A stretch of DNA of 64,000 bases from Mobula hypostoma (Eukaryota): contig NC_086108.1 of the NCBI RefSeq assembly GCF_963921235.1, forward strand, positions 40,798,001 through 40,862,000, in the 5' to 3' direction. Shown here piece after piece: positions 22,980 to 35,365 of this stretch. The position numbers and the translations under genes are program-made. Every line of letters starts with the position of its first letter. Position 1 is the first letter of the stretch. The notes below the pieces were generated by a model. The model was given only the letters and a program-made list of their open reading frames with translations. It did no database searches and was not told the origin of the DNA.

Positions 22980-23590
22980 GAGAAATTGGATAATGTTGAT
23001 GTTAAAATGGATCCAGCTGTCCTTGCACACAAGTCCCTGAAACTAGGATGGCAAAAGGTATGTTAGGTTTTATTACAACAGGAAATAAATCTAGTACTGA
23101 AGATATCTTATTGCAATTATACAGGAACATGGAAAAATTTAAGTTGGAGTACTTTGTATATTTTTAATCTTTTTATCTAAAACTCCCATACTCATAGAGG
23201 GATGCAGTGGAAATTCACAAATGGCTGTTTTTTTTGGATCTGTGGAAGTATTATGTGGATGAGGGTGGTATTCTCTACAGGTCAGAGGAAACAAACTTCT
23301 TACAGGATTTGACACGATGGATGTAGGGAGAATGTTTCCTAAGGCTGTGGAGTCAAGAAACAGGGATCATAGTCTCAGAAATAAGGATTGGCCATTTACA
23401 ACTTAAGTAAGGAGAAAGTTCTTCTTGTCATGAACCTTTGGGACTTCCTTCCCTGAAAAGTTTTGTTTAATGAATTCATTCAAATAGAAACTGATACATT
23501 TCTGGATTTTATTGGATGTGGGGATAGTGCAGGAAAATGGCATTAAGGTGGAAGATTAGCCAAAATCTTGATAAACAGCAAAACAGGCTT
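22980..23590 (+). mobile_element. Degenerate CR1 3' half
   Basis: Decayed ILLQLY..LEY motif and atgtagggagaatgtttcct; tail resumes at 24558-24600. Confidence 0.65.
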
Positions 23591-24557
23591 CTGCAACAAG
23601 CAGAATTTCCTGGTGGAAAACCATTTTTAAAATTTGTTTTATTTTTACTGAAGGAATGACACATTACAGAGTATGTAATGCATTACATTTTCCTTCATTT
23701 TGCTTTTATATCTTACCCCTAAACAGAACTCGCCTCACCCGCCCCTCCCGAACATACCATAGTAGCTAATATATTTACAATACAACACTTCACAAATACA
23801 AGTACTGACATTTCACAGCCATACCCCTATATTCCTTCAAGACGAAGGCTCACACACATCCATAACACGTCAGATGATCCAGAATACACTCATATTACAA
23901 TGCATCAACCACCCTATGAGGTAAACCATATGTGCGTTAAAAGGGGCAAATCCCCAATTTTTAATTCCAATCCCCATTCCCATTCCGACATGTTGTGCTA
24001 CGGCCTCCTCTATTGCCACGATGAGGCAACTCTCAGTTTAGAGGAGCAACACCTCATATTCTGTTTGGGTAGCCTCCATCCTTGATGGCATGAACATCAA
24101 CTTCTCTAACTTTTCCACCCTCCAGTAACTTTTCCCTCTTCTTCCATTTTCTTTCATTTACTTCTCTGGTTCCACCGTTACTTCTTTTCTTCTTCTGCCT
24201 ATTACCTCTCACTTGTGCCCCTCTTCCATCCCTACCTCCCATTGTCCCTCCTATCAGATTCATTCCTTTACTTTTCCACCAAACACCTAACTTCTCACTT
24301 CATTCTCCCCTCCTCTACCCATCTACTGTTGCCCTCACTTGGTTTCAACTTTCACCTTCTACCTTGTGCTCCTTCCATTCCCCCACCTTCTTATTCTGGC
24401 TTCTTACCCTTTCCTTTCCAGTCCTGATGAAGGGTCTCAGCCCAAAACGTCAATTTTTTAATTCCCGTCCATAGATGTTGCCTGACCTGCTGAGTTCCTC
24501 CAGTATTTTGTACATGTTGCTCTTGATTTCCAGTGTCTGCAGAATCTCTTTTGTTTA
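23591..24557 (+). mobile_element. Penelope-like element (GIY-YIG C-terminus plus pLTR), interrupted at about 23631-23956
   Basis: HSHSDMLCYGLLYCHDEATLSLEEQHLIFCLGSLHP; hammerhead at 24420-24455 with GAAA changed to AAAA. Confidence 0.85.
23631..23956 (-). mobile_element. Unclassified retroposon 3' fragment inserted in the Penelope ORF
   Basis: T-rich left end (A-rich tail on minus); apparent TSD ATTTTTAA on both sides. Confidence 0.4.
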
Positions 24558-24984
24558 TGCTTGTAGGGTGATGGTCCACTTCTTCTCCTGTTCTTTCTTT
24601 ATTTTCTTAAGTTTGATTTGTGATCTTTTTGTTCTAATGCTCTAATGTCTTTGATTTATCAATCTATTTTTCACCATAACAAATAATCTTTGCACCCACC
24701 CTATCATACTGTTCTAAAACACTCATAGTTCATTTTATCCAGCTTTCTCGATTTACGAAATTTCCCTTAACAAAATACTTGTAAATTGAGAAATACTTAT
24801 TCAAACAAGATTGGTTCCAATGTTTGTTTACTTAAATACTAAGTCACCTGGCTAAATTCTCTCTGGGATGTAACTACAATATGATCTATTGAAGGTTTCA
24901 GATATGTACTGTGAAGGGTTCCTGGAGATTGTGGGGAGTGATGTTTGTTAGGAGAGATGATGAGCAGCAACATCAGTAAATATA

Positions 24985-25295
24985 ACCATATAACAGGTAC
25001 AGCAAGGAAACAGGCCATCTCGGCCCTTCTAGTCGTGCCGAACTCTTACTCTCACCTAGTCCCATCGACCTGCACTCAGCCTATAACCCTCCATTCCTTT
25101 CTTGTCCATATATCTATCCAATTTAACTTTAAATGACAACATCGAACCTGCCTCAACCACTTCTGCTGGAAGCTCGTTCCACACAGCTACCACTCTCTGA
25201 GTAAAGAAGTTCCCCCTCATGTTAGCCCTAAACTTTTGCCCTTTAACTCTCAACTCATGTCCACTTGTTTGAATCTCCCCCACTCTCAATGGAAA
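24985..25295 (-). mobile_element. CR1 3' fragment (young)
   Basis: GHELRVKGQKFRANMRGNFFTQRVVAVWNELP; (AACCATAT) tail. Confidence 0.9.
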
Positions 25296-25949
25296 ATATC
25301 ATGCTCTGACATTATCTGTTGTAACATTCGATAAACCTCTGGATTATGTGCTGTGTAGTAAATTTGTGAATGGACTACTGGATCCACATATCCAGCCCAA
25401 TGACCTGTGAAGATCTACAGGAATCTGGCCACCACAAAACCATTATGTAAGTGCAGACCGACGGCAGAGGCAATGGTGGAATCTGTAACCTCAAGTCCAG
25501 GTCACATAATGGTGCACGATTACAAAATGGGTCTGGCTGGAGGCTCTGACTCATTGCAATGAAAAGGGGGAGCAATTACAATAGAACACAGAAAAGAGGT
25601 TTATGTAACATTGAGGAGCACATTTTAATTAGTACAGGTGTGACAAGAAGTTTTAAGAAGAAAAACGATTTAAAAACTGGAATAAAAATTACTAATCAAT
25701 GCATAAGTTTAAATATTGCTACAGCTGCTAATTTTTCCATCACATGAAGGAACACATATAATGTAGTGTCATTAGCTGGAAGCACATTGAAATTGAGGAC
25801 ATGCTCCGTCGAGTCTTTGAGGATATTGGGAGCAACTGAATAAGCCTCTTATAATTGTGAAAATGCAAGGCTTCCCATTATAATGGTTGATTACACAAAA
25901 AAAACCTAACTCTTCTTGGAAGAGACTGCTTGGAGGAGGTGAAAAAAAG

Positions 25950-26350
25950 ATACAGATATAGGAGCAGAATTAGGCCATTTCATCATGGCTGATCCATTTT
26001 CCCTCTCAGCCCCAATCCCCTGCCTTCTCTCCATATCCTTTCATGCTCTGACTAATGAAGAATCTATCGACCTCTGCCTCAAATATATCCAATGACTTGG
26101 CCTCCACAGCCACCTGTAGCAACAAATTCCACAGATTCACTACTCTCTGGCTAAAGAAATTCCTCCTCATCTCCATTTTAAAAAGACACTCCTTGACTCT
26201 GAGGCTGTCTCCCCTGGTCTTAGGTTCTCCCACCATAGGAAACATCCTCTCCACATCCACTCTATCGAGGTCTTTCAACATTTGATAGGTTTCAATGACG
26301 TCAACTCTCATTATTCTGAATTCCAGTCGACAGAGGTCGAGAGCCATCAA
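25950..26350 (-). mobile_element. CR1 3' fragment
   Basis: KTRGDSLRVK..EMRRNFFSQRVVNLWN. Confidence 0.9.
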
Positions 26351-27563
26351 AACGCTATCAAAAATAATTGGGAAAATGCATTCGGTGTAAATATGTAATC
26401 ATCATGTTGAAGCAAGCTGATACAATTGGAAACAATTTCCAAGGAATCATGCATAGGTATCATGGGGTTTTATATATAATAGTTTACTGTGAAACCAAGC
26501 GGCACTCTAAACAGCCTTAAATGGTGTGGAATATTAGTGAAAGTGACACAGAGGGATTGGATGACCCCCTTTTAATGGGGATACCCAAGTTTGCTGAGAC
26601 AATCCAGCTTTATGGAAACTATAAAGGACGACTGGAGCAGCATCCACTGGCTGTGTCAAGGAGTTTACCTGCTTTGTTAGTAGTATCAAAAAGCTTCGCT
26701 TAGCTGGAGCTGCCCATGCTTTCCTTGAGCTCATGAGGCAACCTATGGGTTAATGTCATTATCTGAAATCAAGGCAACAACAGATATGCTGTTGTAAACA
26801 GCTAACATTCTATCTGTGATGTGAATGATTTTGAAATTACAGCCACCAGGGAGGAAGTTTTTGGGACAGTTCAGGTAGTGTTTAGAAGATTGCATTGATG
26901 CAATGTGAGTTTCAAAACAATGTAACTTTGTGCATAAGGAAGAATTTATTTCGGTGTGAGTGGAAATGAAAATAATCTGCAACCAGTTAAAGAGAAAACG
27001 GAGTCTGGTATCAGAGCCAGGGAAGCCAAAAACATTACTGAGGATTGGTAACCTTTTGGTAGGATTTCCACCCTACCATTTAACACCATTTCACCAGGTT
27101 TTAATGGGGAACTAGGCAATCTTATAGATCAAAAACTAGCAATAAGTACAAGAAAAGCCTGAGTTGTGAGCTGCTTTTGGAGCATTTTGACAGTAATGGG
27201 AGAACTTCATGCAGAACACTGACATATAGTAAAGATGTAGGCAATGGCTCGAGGAATTCTCTATTTGACAGATGTTCATACAAGTAGGGAAGAGCCATCA
27301 ACTTAATTTATTGCTTGATAGGACTACAGAATGTAGCCTCTTACAGCAATATACAAGCCAGGGAAATGACTTACAAAACTAGTGTGTTCATTTAGATAGC
27401 AAGGAAAAAAAGTTGAACAACTTTTAACATTAATTGATAGCCATTCAAAGCAGTATGGGTGTTCCTCAACTATTGGCTTCATAAGACTTTATGAAGAAGA
27501 TGTATCACAGAATGTGGACAGATCAGTGTGCTCTACAGGGGAGGCAATGAAAGAACAAGCTAT

Positions 27564-30206
27564 GAAACATAGAAACATAGAAACATAGAAAATAGGTGCA
27601 TGAGTAGGCCATTCGGCCCTTCGAGCCTGCACCTCCATTCAGTATGATCATGGCTGATCATCCAACTCAGAACCCTGTACCAGCCATCCCTCCATACCCA
27701 CTGAACCCTTTAGCCACAAGGGCCATATCTAACTCCCTCTTAAATATAGCCAATGAACTGGCCTCAACTGTTTCCTGTGGCAGAGAATTCCACAGATTCA
27801 CCACTCTCTGTGTGAAGAAGTTTTTCCTCATCTTGGTAATAAAGGCTTCCCCTTTATCCTCAAACTGTGACCTCTCGTTCTGGACTTCCCCAACATCGGG
27901 AACAATCTTCCTGCATCTAGCCTGTCCAATCCCTTTAGGGTTTTATACGTTTCAATAAGATCCCCTCTCAATCTTCTAAATTCCAAGGACTATAAGCCTA
28001 GTTGATCCAGTCTTTCATCATATGAAAGTCCTGCCATCCCAGGAATCACTCTGGTGAACCTTCTTTGTACTCCCTCTATGGCAAAGATGTCTTTTCTCAG
28101 TTTAGGGGACCAAAACTGCACACAATACTCCAGGTGTGGTCTCACTAAGGCCTTGTACAACTGCAGTAGTACCTCCCTGCTCCTGTGCTCGAATCCTCTC
28201 GCTGTAAATGCCAGCATACCATTCGCCTTTTTCACCGCCTGCTGTACCTGCATGCCCACTTTCAATGACTGGTGTATAATGACACCCAGGTCTCGTTGCA
28301 CCTCCCCTTTTCCTAATCGGCCACCATTCAGATAATAATCTGTTTTTTCCTGTTTTTGCCACCAAAGTGGATAATCTCACATTTATCCACATTAAATTGC
28401 ATCTGCCATGAATTTCCCACTCACTTAACCTATCCAAGTCACCCTGCATCCTCTTAGCATCCTCCTCACAGCTAACACTACTGCCCAGCTTCATGTCATC
28501 CGCAAACTTGGAGATGCTGCATTTACTTCCCTCATCTAAGTCATTAATGTATATTGCAAACAACTGGGGTCCCAGCACTGAGCCTTGCGGTACCCCACTA
28601 GTCACTGCCTGCCATTCTGAAAAGGTCCCGTTTATCCCCGCTCTTTGCTTCCTGTCTGCCAACCAATTCTTTATCCACATCAATACCTTACCCCCAATAC
28701 CGTGTGCTTTAAGTTTACACACTAATCTCCTGTGTAGGACCTTGTCAAAAGCCTCTTGAAAATTCAAATATACCACATCCACTGGTTCTCCCCTATCCAC
28801 TCTACTAGTTACATCCTCAAAAAATTCTATGGGATTCGTCAGACATGATTTTCCTTTCACAAATCCATGCTGACTTTATCCGATGATTTCACCGCTTTCC
28901 AAATGTGCTGTTGTCACATCTTTGATAATTCACTCTAGCATTTTCCCCACCACTGAGTCAGGCTTACCGGTCTATAATTCCTCGGTTTCTCTCTCTCTCC
29001 TTTTTTAAAAAGCAGGGTTACATTAGCCACCCTCCAATCCTCAGGAACTAGTCCAGAATCTAAAAATTTTTCAGAAGTTATCACTAATGCATCCACTATT
29101 TCTTGGGCTACTTCCTTAAGCACTCTAGGATGCAGACCATCTGGCCCTGGGGATTTATCTGCCTTTAATCCCTTCAACTTACCTAACACCACTTCCCTAC
29201 TAACATGTATTTCCCTCAGTTCCTCCATCTCACTGGACCCTCTGTCCCCTACTATTTCTGGAAGATTATTTATGTCCTCCTTAGTGAAGACAGAACCAAA
29301 GTAGTTATTCAATTGGTCTGCCATGTGCTTGCTCCCCATAATCAATTCGCCTGTTTCTGTCTGTAGGGGACCTACATTTGTCTTAACCAATCTTTTTCTT
29401 TTCACATATCTATAAAAGCTTTTACAGTCAGTTTTTATGTTCCCTGCCAGTTTTCTCTCATAATCTTTTTTCCCCTTCCTAATTAAGCCCTTTGTCCTCC
29501 TCTGCTGGACTCTGAATTTCTCCTAGTCCTCAGGTGAGCCACTTTTTCTGGCTAATTTGTATGCTTCTTCTTTGGAATTGATACTATCCCTAATTTCCCT
29601 TGTCAGCCACGGGTGCACTACCTTCCTTGATTTATTCTTTTGCCAAACTGGGATGAACAATTGTTGTAGTTCATCCATGCGATCTTTAAATGCTTGCCAT
29701 TGCATATCCACTGTCAACCCTTTAAGTGTCATTTGCCAGTCTATCTTAGCTAATTCACGTCTCATACCTTCAAAGTTACCCTTCTTTAAGTTCAGAACCT
29801 TTGTTTCTGAATTAACTACGTCACTCTCCATTTTAATGAAGAATTCCACCATATTATGGTCACTCTTACCCAAGGGGCCTCTCACGACAAGATTGCTAAT
29901 TAACCCTTCCTCATTGCTCAATACCCAGTCGAGAATAGCCTGCTCTCTAGTTGGTTCCTCGACATGTTGGTTCAAAAAAACCATCCCGCATACATTCCAA
30001 GAAATCCTCTTCCTCAGCACCCTTACCAATTTGGTTCACTCAATCTACATGTAGATTGAAGTCACCCATTATAACTGCTGTTCCTTTATTGCACACATTT
30101 CTAATTTCCTGTTTAATACCATCCCCAACCTCACTACTACTGTTAGGTGGCCTGTACACAACTCCCACCAGCGTTTTCTGCCCCTTAGTGTTATGCAGCT
30201 CTACCC
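27564..30206 (-). mobile_element. CR1/HER1-type LINE, 2.6 kb, 5'-truncated, ORF2 with few frameshifts
   Basis: (GAAACATA)n tail; APE remnant IMGDFNL..LDWVL..SDHN; KSPGPDG, NYRPVSL, GVPQGSVLGP, FADD, LVRPHLEYC. Confidence 0.97.
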
Positions 30207-30459
30207 GTCAGTGGAATGCCATCATGAAACAGCAGCTTGGTCCTAAATTTTTGGGGAATGTTTCACTCTACAGCAGAAATTCATCCTGCTGAAATGTTAA
30301 TGACTCAGAATACGGGTGAATCTTGTCCAACTCAATTTTAAAGGGAAAGTACAAGAGAGGAAATTAATACAAGTAAAATGTCATTGAATCAGTAGAAGAG
30401 GTCCAGTCTGAGTAACAGAGTTCCTGCATTGAAACGGCTATCAGGAGATGAGCAAATCT

Positions 30460-30690
30460 GATCATGGGAAGATGACAAATCTGTGGAATTTGTTGCCACA
30501 TGCAGCTGTGGAGGCCAAGTCTGTGTGTATACTTAAGGCAGAGGTTGACAGATGCATGATTAGTCAGGGCATGAAGGGATACAGGGAGAAGGGAGGAGAT
30601 TGGAGCCAAGAGGAAAAATGAGATCAGCCATGATAAAATGGTGGAGCAGACTTGATGGGTCAAATGGCCAAATTCTGCTCCTAAGTCTTA
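30460..30690 (+). mobile_element. CR1 3' tail followed by (TA)n
   Basis: aatctgtggaatttgttgcc..gggtcaaatggcc..tctgctccta; (TA)n at about 30689-30704. Confidence 0.8.
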
Positions 30691-31065
30691 TATATATATA
30701 TATACTGAGGAATTCCTTGTCAATGAAAGTTGGGGAGAAATTCTATAAAGCTGCACTTTGATAACTTTAGCTTGTTGAGTAATATTGGGGAGTATAAGTT
30801 TGAAGATGTTGTCTAACTAATTCCTACTATTGTTCAAAGTGATGCCTCTGACAAGGTAAAATGACGTTGTTAATCTCAGAGATGATGCAACTCCAAAAAT
30901 TCCCACTGAATGAATGATTTCAAAACTAGCATCATGAGCACTGTTATGAAGATCACGGATTGTGCCCATTGAGTTATAAAATTTCTGAATATGTTAAAGT
31001 TGTTTATGTTCCTTTATAAAGAGAACAATAATGTAGTCAATATGATCATAATCCTGTACAATTAT

Positions 31066-31865
31066 CTCTAGGAAGAGGTACAGTCGATGTTTCAGGCCGA
31101 GACCCTTCATCAGGACTAACTGAAGGAAGAGTTAGTAAGAGATTTGAAAGTGGGAGGGGGAGGGGGAGATCCAAAATGATAGGAGAAAACAGGAGGGGGA
31201 GGGATGGAGCCAAGAGCTGGACAGGTGATTGGCAAAGGGGATATGAGAGGATCATGGGACAGGAGGCCCGGGGAGAAAGATGGGGGGGGGAACCCAGAGG
31301 ATGGGCAAGGGGTATAGTCAGAGGGACAGAGGGAGAAAAAGGAGAGTGAGAGAAAGAATGTGTGTATAAAAATAAATAACAGATGGGGTACGAGGGGGAG
31401 GTGGGGCATTAGCGGAAGTCAGAGAAGTCGCTGTTCATGCCATCAGGTTGGAGGATACACAGACGGAATATAAGATGCTGTTCCTCCAACCTGAGTGTGG
31501 CTTCATCTTTACAGTAGAGGAAGCCGTGGATAGACATGTCAGACTGGGAATGGGATGTGGAATTAAAATGTGTGGCCACTGGGAGATCCTGCTTTCTCTG
31601 GCGGACAGAGCGTAGGTGTACAGCAAAGCAGTCTCCCAGTCTGCGTCGGGTCTCGCCAATATATAGAAGGCCATATCGGGAGCACCGGACACAGTATATC
31701 ACCCCAGCCGACTCACAGGTGAAGTGTTGCCTCACCTGGAAGGACAGTCTCGGCCTGAAACGTCGACTGTACCTCTTCCTAGAGATGCTGCCTGGCCTGT
31801 TGCGTTCACCAGCAACTTTGATGTGTGTTGCTTGAATTTCCAGCATTTGCAGAATTCCTGTTGTT
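31066..31865 (-). mobile_element. Young Penelope-like element: GIY-YIG C-terminus, pLTR, and an inverted pLTR tail at 31747-31865
   Basis: HFTCESAGVIYCVRCSRYGLLYIGETRRRL..HFN..EEQHLIFRL..PDGMN (31409-31745); 14-bp TSD TCCTGTACAATTAT at 31052-31065 and 31866-31879. Confidence 0.93.
31082..31117 (-). ncRNA. Minimal type I hammerhead ribozyme (intact core, AUC site)
   Basis: Minus strand reads AGTC-CTGATGA-AGGGTCTCGGCCT-GAAA-CA-TC/GACT. Confidence 0.8.
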
Positions 31866-33500
31866 TCCTGTACAATTATTGTTCCTTTAAAGCTATCACC
31901 CCTTTAAGGAGTAGATCAAGTGCCTAATTCTTTCTAGATTGCAGTGGTATTATGTTGAAGGTTCTGAACACAGAGTCTGTGAAGGGCCCTTGAATAATCC
32001 ACATGAATGCTTTGACTGAGCTCGTAGATCATAGTACAAAGATCATACACAGTATGGGGCCTTTGGCCCACAATGATGTGCCAATCTGTACAAACCTATT
32101 CCACAATCAATCTAACCCTTCTCTGTTACATACCCATAACCCTCCTCTGTTACATACCCATAACCGTCCATTTTTCTTACAATCATGTGCCTATCTAAGA
32201 GTTTTTTTTTTAAATGTCCCTATTATATCAGCCTCTACCATCACACTTGACAAGTAGATCCAGGCACTTCCACTCTGTGTCAAAAAACAACCCATGATAT
32301 CTCCTCAGAACTTCCCTCCACTCTCCTTAATTGAATGTCCTCCATTTATCCTCTATCTTTGCCTCTCATAATCTAATACATCTCTATCAAATTGCCTCTC
32401 ATCCTGCGCATCTCCAAAGAGAATAGCCCTAGGCTGCACATCCTTTCCTCATAAGACATGTTCTCTAAACCTGGCAGCATCCTGGTTAATCTCCCTTGTA
32501 CCTTCCCTAAAGCTTCCCCTTCCTTCTTATAGTGAGGTGACTGGAACTGAACACAATACTCCAAATGGTGGTCTAAACAGAGTTTTTCAGAGCTGCAACA
32601 TTACCTCATACTCTTGAACCTGTGCCTATATTTAATGTGCTTATGAATTCAATCCTTTGACTAATAAAGGCTAGTACACCATACACCTTCTTATCCACCC
32701 TATCACTGCAACTTTGAGGGGGTCTATGGTCTTAGACCTCTAGATCCCCCTCTCTCTATATATACTGCTAAGAATCCTGTAATTAACTTTGTACTCCTCC
32801 TTCACGATCGTCCTTCCAAAGTGAACCACTTCACACGTTTCCAGATTGAACTCCAGCTGCCACTTCTCTCCCCAACTCTGCATCCTGCCTATATACCATT
32901 GTAAACTTTAACAACCTTCTACACCACCCACAACTCCAACCTTCATGTCATGCTGCAGACTTGCTAACCCACCCCTCCACTTTCTCATTCAAGTCATTTG
33001 TAACAATTACAAAGAGCAGAGGTCTCAGAACAGATCCCTGATCACTGAGCAGGCAGAATACACACCATCTACTACAACCCTCTGCCTTTGTGAGCAAACT
33101 AAACCAAGTGTACACTGCCACGTTTCCACGGATTCCATGCTTCATGACTTTCTGGATGATCCCACCAAAGAGAACCTTGTCAAATGCCTTATTAAACTCC
33201 ATGTGCACCCATCCACTGCTGTTTTGTCACCTCCCTGAAAAACTCAGTTAGGCTTGTGATGCATAAACATACCTGTCACAAAAACATGCTGACTATACCT
33301 AATAAGATTACACTTCAACAAATGCAAATATATCCTGTTCCTGAGAATTCTGTCCAAAAGATTATTCCTATCACCTTTTTGAACAATAGAACAATATTTT
33401 CCATCCTTCCTTCAATCCTGAGGTATCACTCCTACTTGTCAACACTCCAACAATCCTTTCCCTCACTTCCAAAAGTAATCTGTCTGGCCCTGGGTACTTA

Positions 33501-34012
33501 CACTCAGTGGCCATTTTATTAGGGACACCTGCACACCTGCTCATTAATGCAAATATCTAATCAGCCAATTATATGGCAGCAATTCAATGCATAAACCATG
33601 GACAAGAGGTTCAGTTGTTTTTCAGACGAAACATTGGAATGGAGAAGAAATGTGATCTAAGTGACTTTGATCGTGGAATGATTGTTGGTGCCAGATGGGG
33701 TGGCTTGACAATCTCCTGGGATATTTATGCGCAACAGTCTCTCTATTTTACAAAGAAAGGTGCAAGAAACAGAAAATATCCACTGAGTGGCAGTTCTGTG
33801 GGTGAAAACACCTTGTTAGTGAGAGAGGTTAGAGGAGAATGGCCAGACTGATTCAAGCTGACAGGAAGGCGACAGTAACTCAGATAACCATGTGTTACAA
33901 TAGTGGTGTGCGGAAGAGCATCACTGAACACACAGCATGTTGAACCTTGAAGGAGGTGGGCTACAGCAGCAGAAGACCATTAGGTATAGGATATGAAAGT
34001 GGCCATTGCGTG
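33501..34012 (+). mobile_element. Non-autonomous Tc1-like element with a transposase N-terminus
   Basis: TA flanks; TIRs cactcagtggcca / tggccattgcgtg; ATG 33639 MEKKCDLSDFDRGMIVGARWGG. Confidence 0.85.
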
Positions 34013-34524
34013 TATCTATACTAATGTTTTTCAGAAGAACCAATACTACCTCTTTCTTAACCTTGACATCCTCCAATCCATTTGTCTGTTCTACCCAGAC
34101 CTCACATCATCACCAATCCTCTTCTTGGTACCACTGAAGCAAAATATTAAGGACCTCCCCCATCTCCTCCACTTCCAGGGTCACTTCCTCCTTTACCCCT
34201 GAGTGGTCTTACCCTCACTCCAGTCAACCTCCTGTTCTTCACATATGTGTTGAATGCCTTGGAGTTCACCTACTTGCCGTGATCTTCGCATTTCCCCCTC
34301 TAGTTCTCCTTTATCCTTTCTTTAGTTCCTTTCTGGATATCTTATAACTCTCAGTAGTCTTGTTTGCTTCCTAAACCTTAAGTATGCTTCCTTCTTCTTC
34401 TTGACTAAATGTTCCACCTCTCTTGTGCCATTGTTCCTTTACCCTACTATCCTTTCCCTGTGCAATGCCCACAAAATGCTGGAGGAACTCAGCAGGTCAG
34501 GCAGCAACTATAGAAATGAATAAA

Positions 34525-34562
34525 CAGTTGATGTTTCTGGCTGAGACCATTCATCAGATCTG
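34525..34562 (-). ncRNA. Hammerhead ribozyme variant (core intact, stem I imperfect)
   Basis: CTGATGA-A-TGG-TCTCAG-CCA-GAAA-CATC. Confidence 0.55.
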
Positions 34563-34684
34563 GACAGGAAAGGGGAAGATGCCAGAATAAAAAGATGAAG
34601 CCAGGGAAAGGAGAACAAACTAGAAAGTGATAGATGAAGCCAGGTGGGTGGAGGAGGGGAGACTTAAGTAAGAAGCTGGGAGGT

Positions 34685-35365
34685 TTATATTAGATTATGA
34701 GGACATGCAGTCCTCTTTTATTGTCATTTAGTAATGCATGCATTAAGAAATGATACAATGTTCCTCCAAAATGATATCACAGAAACACAAGACAAACCAA
34801 CACTACAAAAACTGACAAAAACCACATAATTATAACATATAGTTACAACAGTGCAAAGCAATACCGTAATTTGATAAAGAACAGACCATGGGCATGGTAA
34901 AAAAAAGTCTCAAAGTCTCTCGAAGGTCCCATCATCTCACGCAGACGGTAGAAGGAAGAGAAACTCTCTTTCTGCCATGAACCTCCAGCGCCGCAAACTT
35001 GCCGATGCAGCACCCTGGAAGCACCTGACCACAGCTGACTCTTGAGTCCATCCGAAAACCTCAAGCCTCCGACCAGCCCTCCGACACCAAGCACTAAGCA
35101 CCATCTCTGCCGAGCGCTTTGACCCCGGCCCTGGCAGCAGGCAATAGGCAAACCCAAGGATTCGGGCCTTCCCCTCCGGAGATTCTCACTCGCACAGTAG
35201 CAATGGCAGCGAAGCAGGCATTTCAGAAGTTTCTCCAGATGTTCCTCTGTGCTTCTTACGTCTGTCTCCATCAAATCAGGATTGTGCACAGCTCCTACTT
35301 AACAAGTACAATATCATTTTGGAGCAGCTGCATGCGCTGCGTCGCGTCGCCATCTTCTCCTCCCC
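34685..35365 (-). mobile_element. Non-autonomous ~690-bp retroposon, copy 1
   Basis: Reverse-complement homolog of 39511-40211; 3' stem-loop GAGGAC-5nt-GTCCTC and TAATC tail. Confidence 0.85.

Larger units (their letters stand above)
25330..30360 (+). mobile_element. Ancient, heavily decayed Gypsy internal region, fragmented by later insertions
   Basis: Remnants in gag-pol order: KFVNGLLDPHIQ (~25360), LKLRTCS..LLGRDCL (~25790-25935), LIDSHSK (~27430), HSTAEIHPAEML (~30265). Confidence 0.45.
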
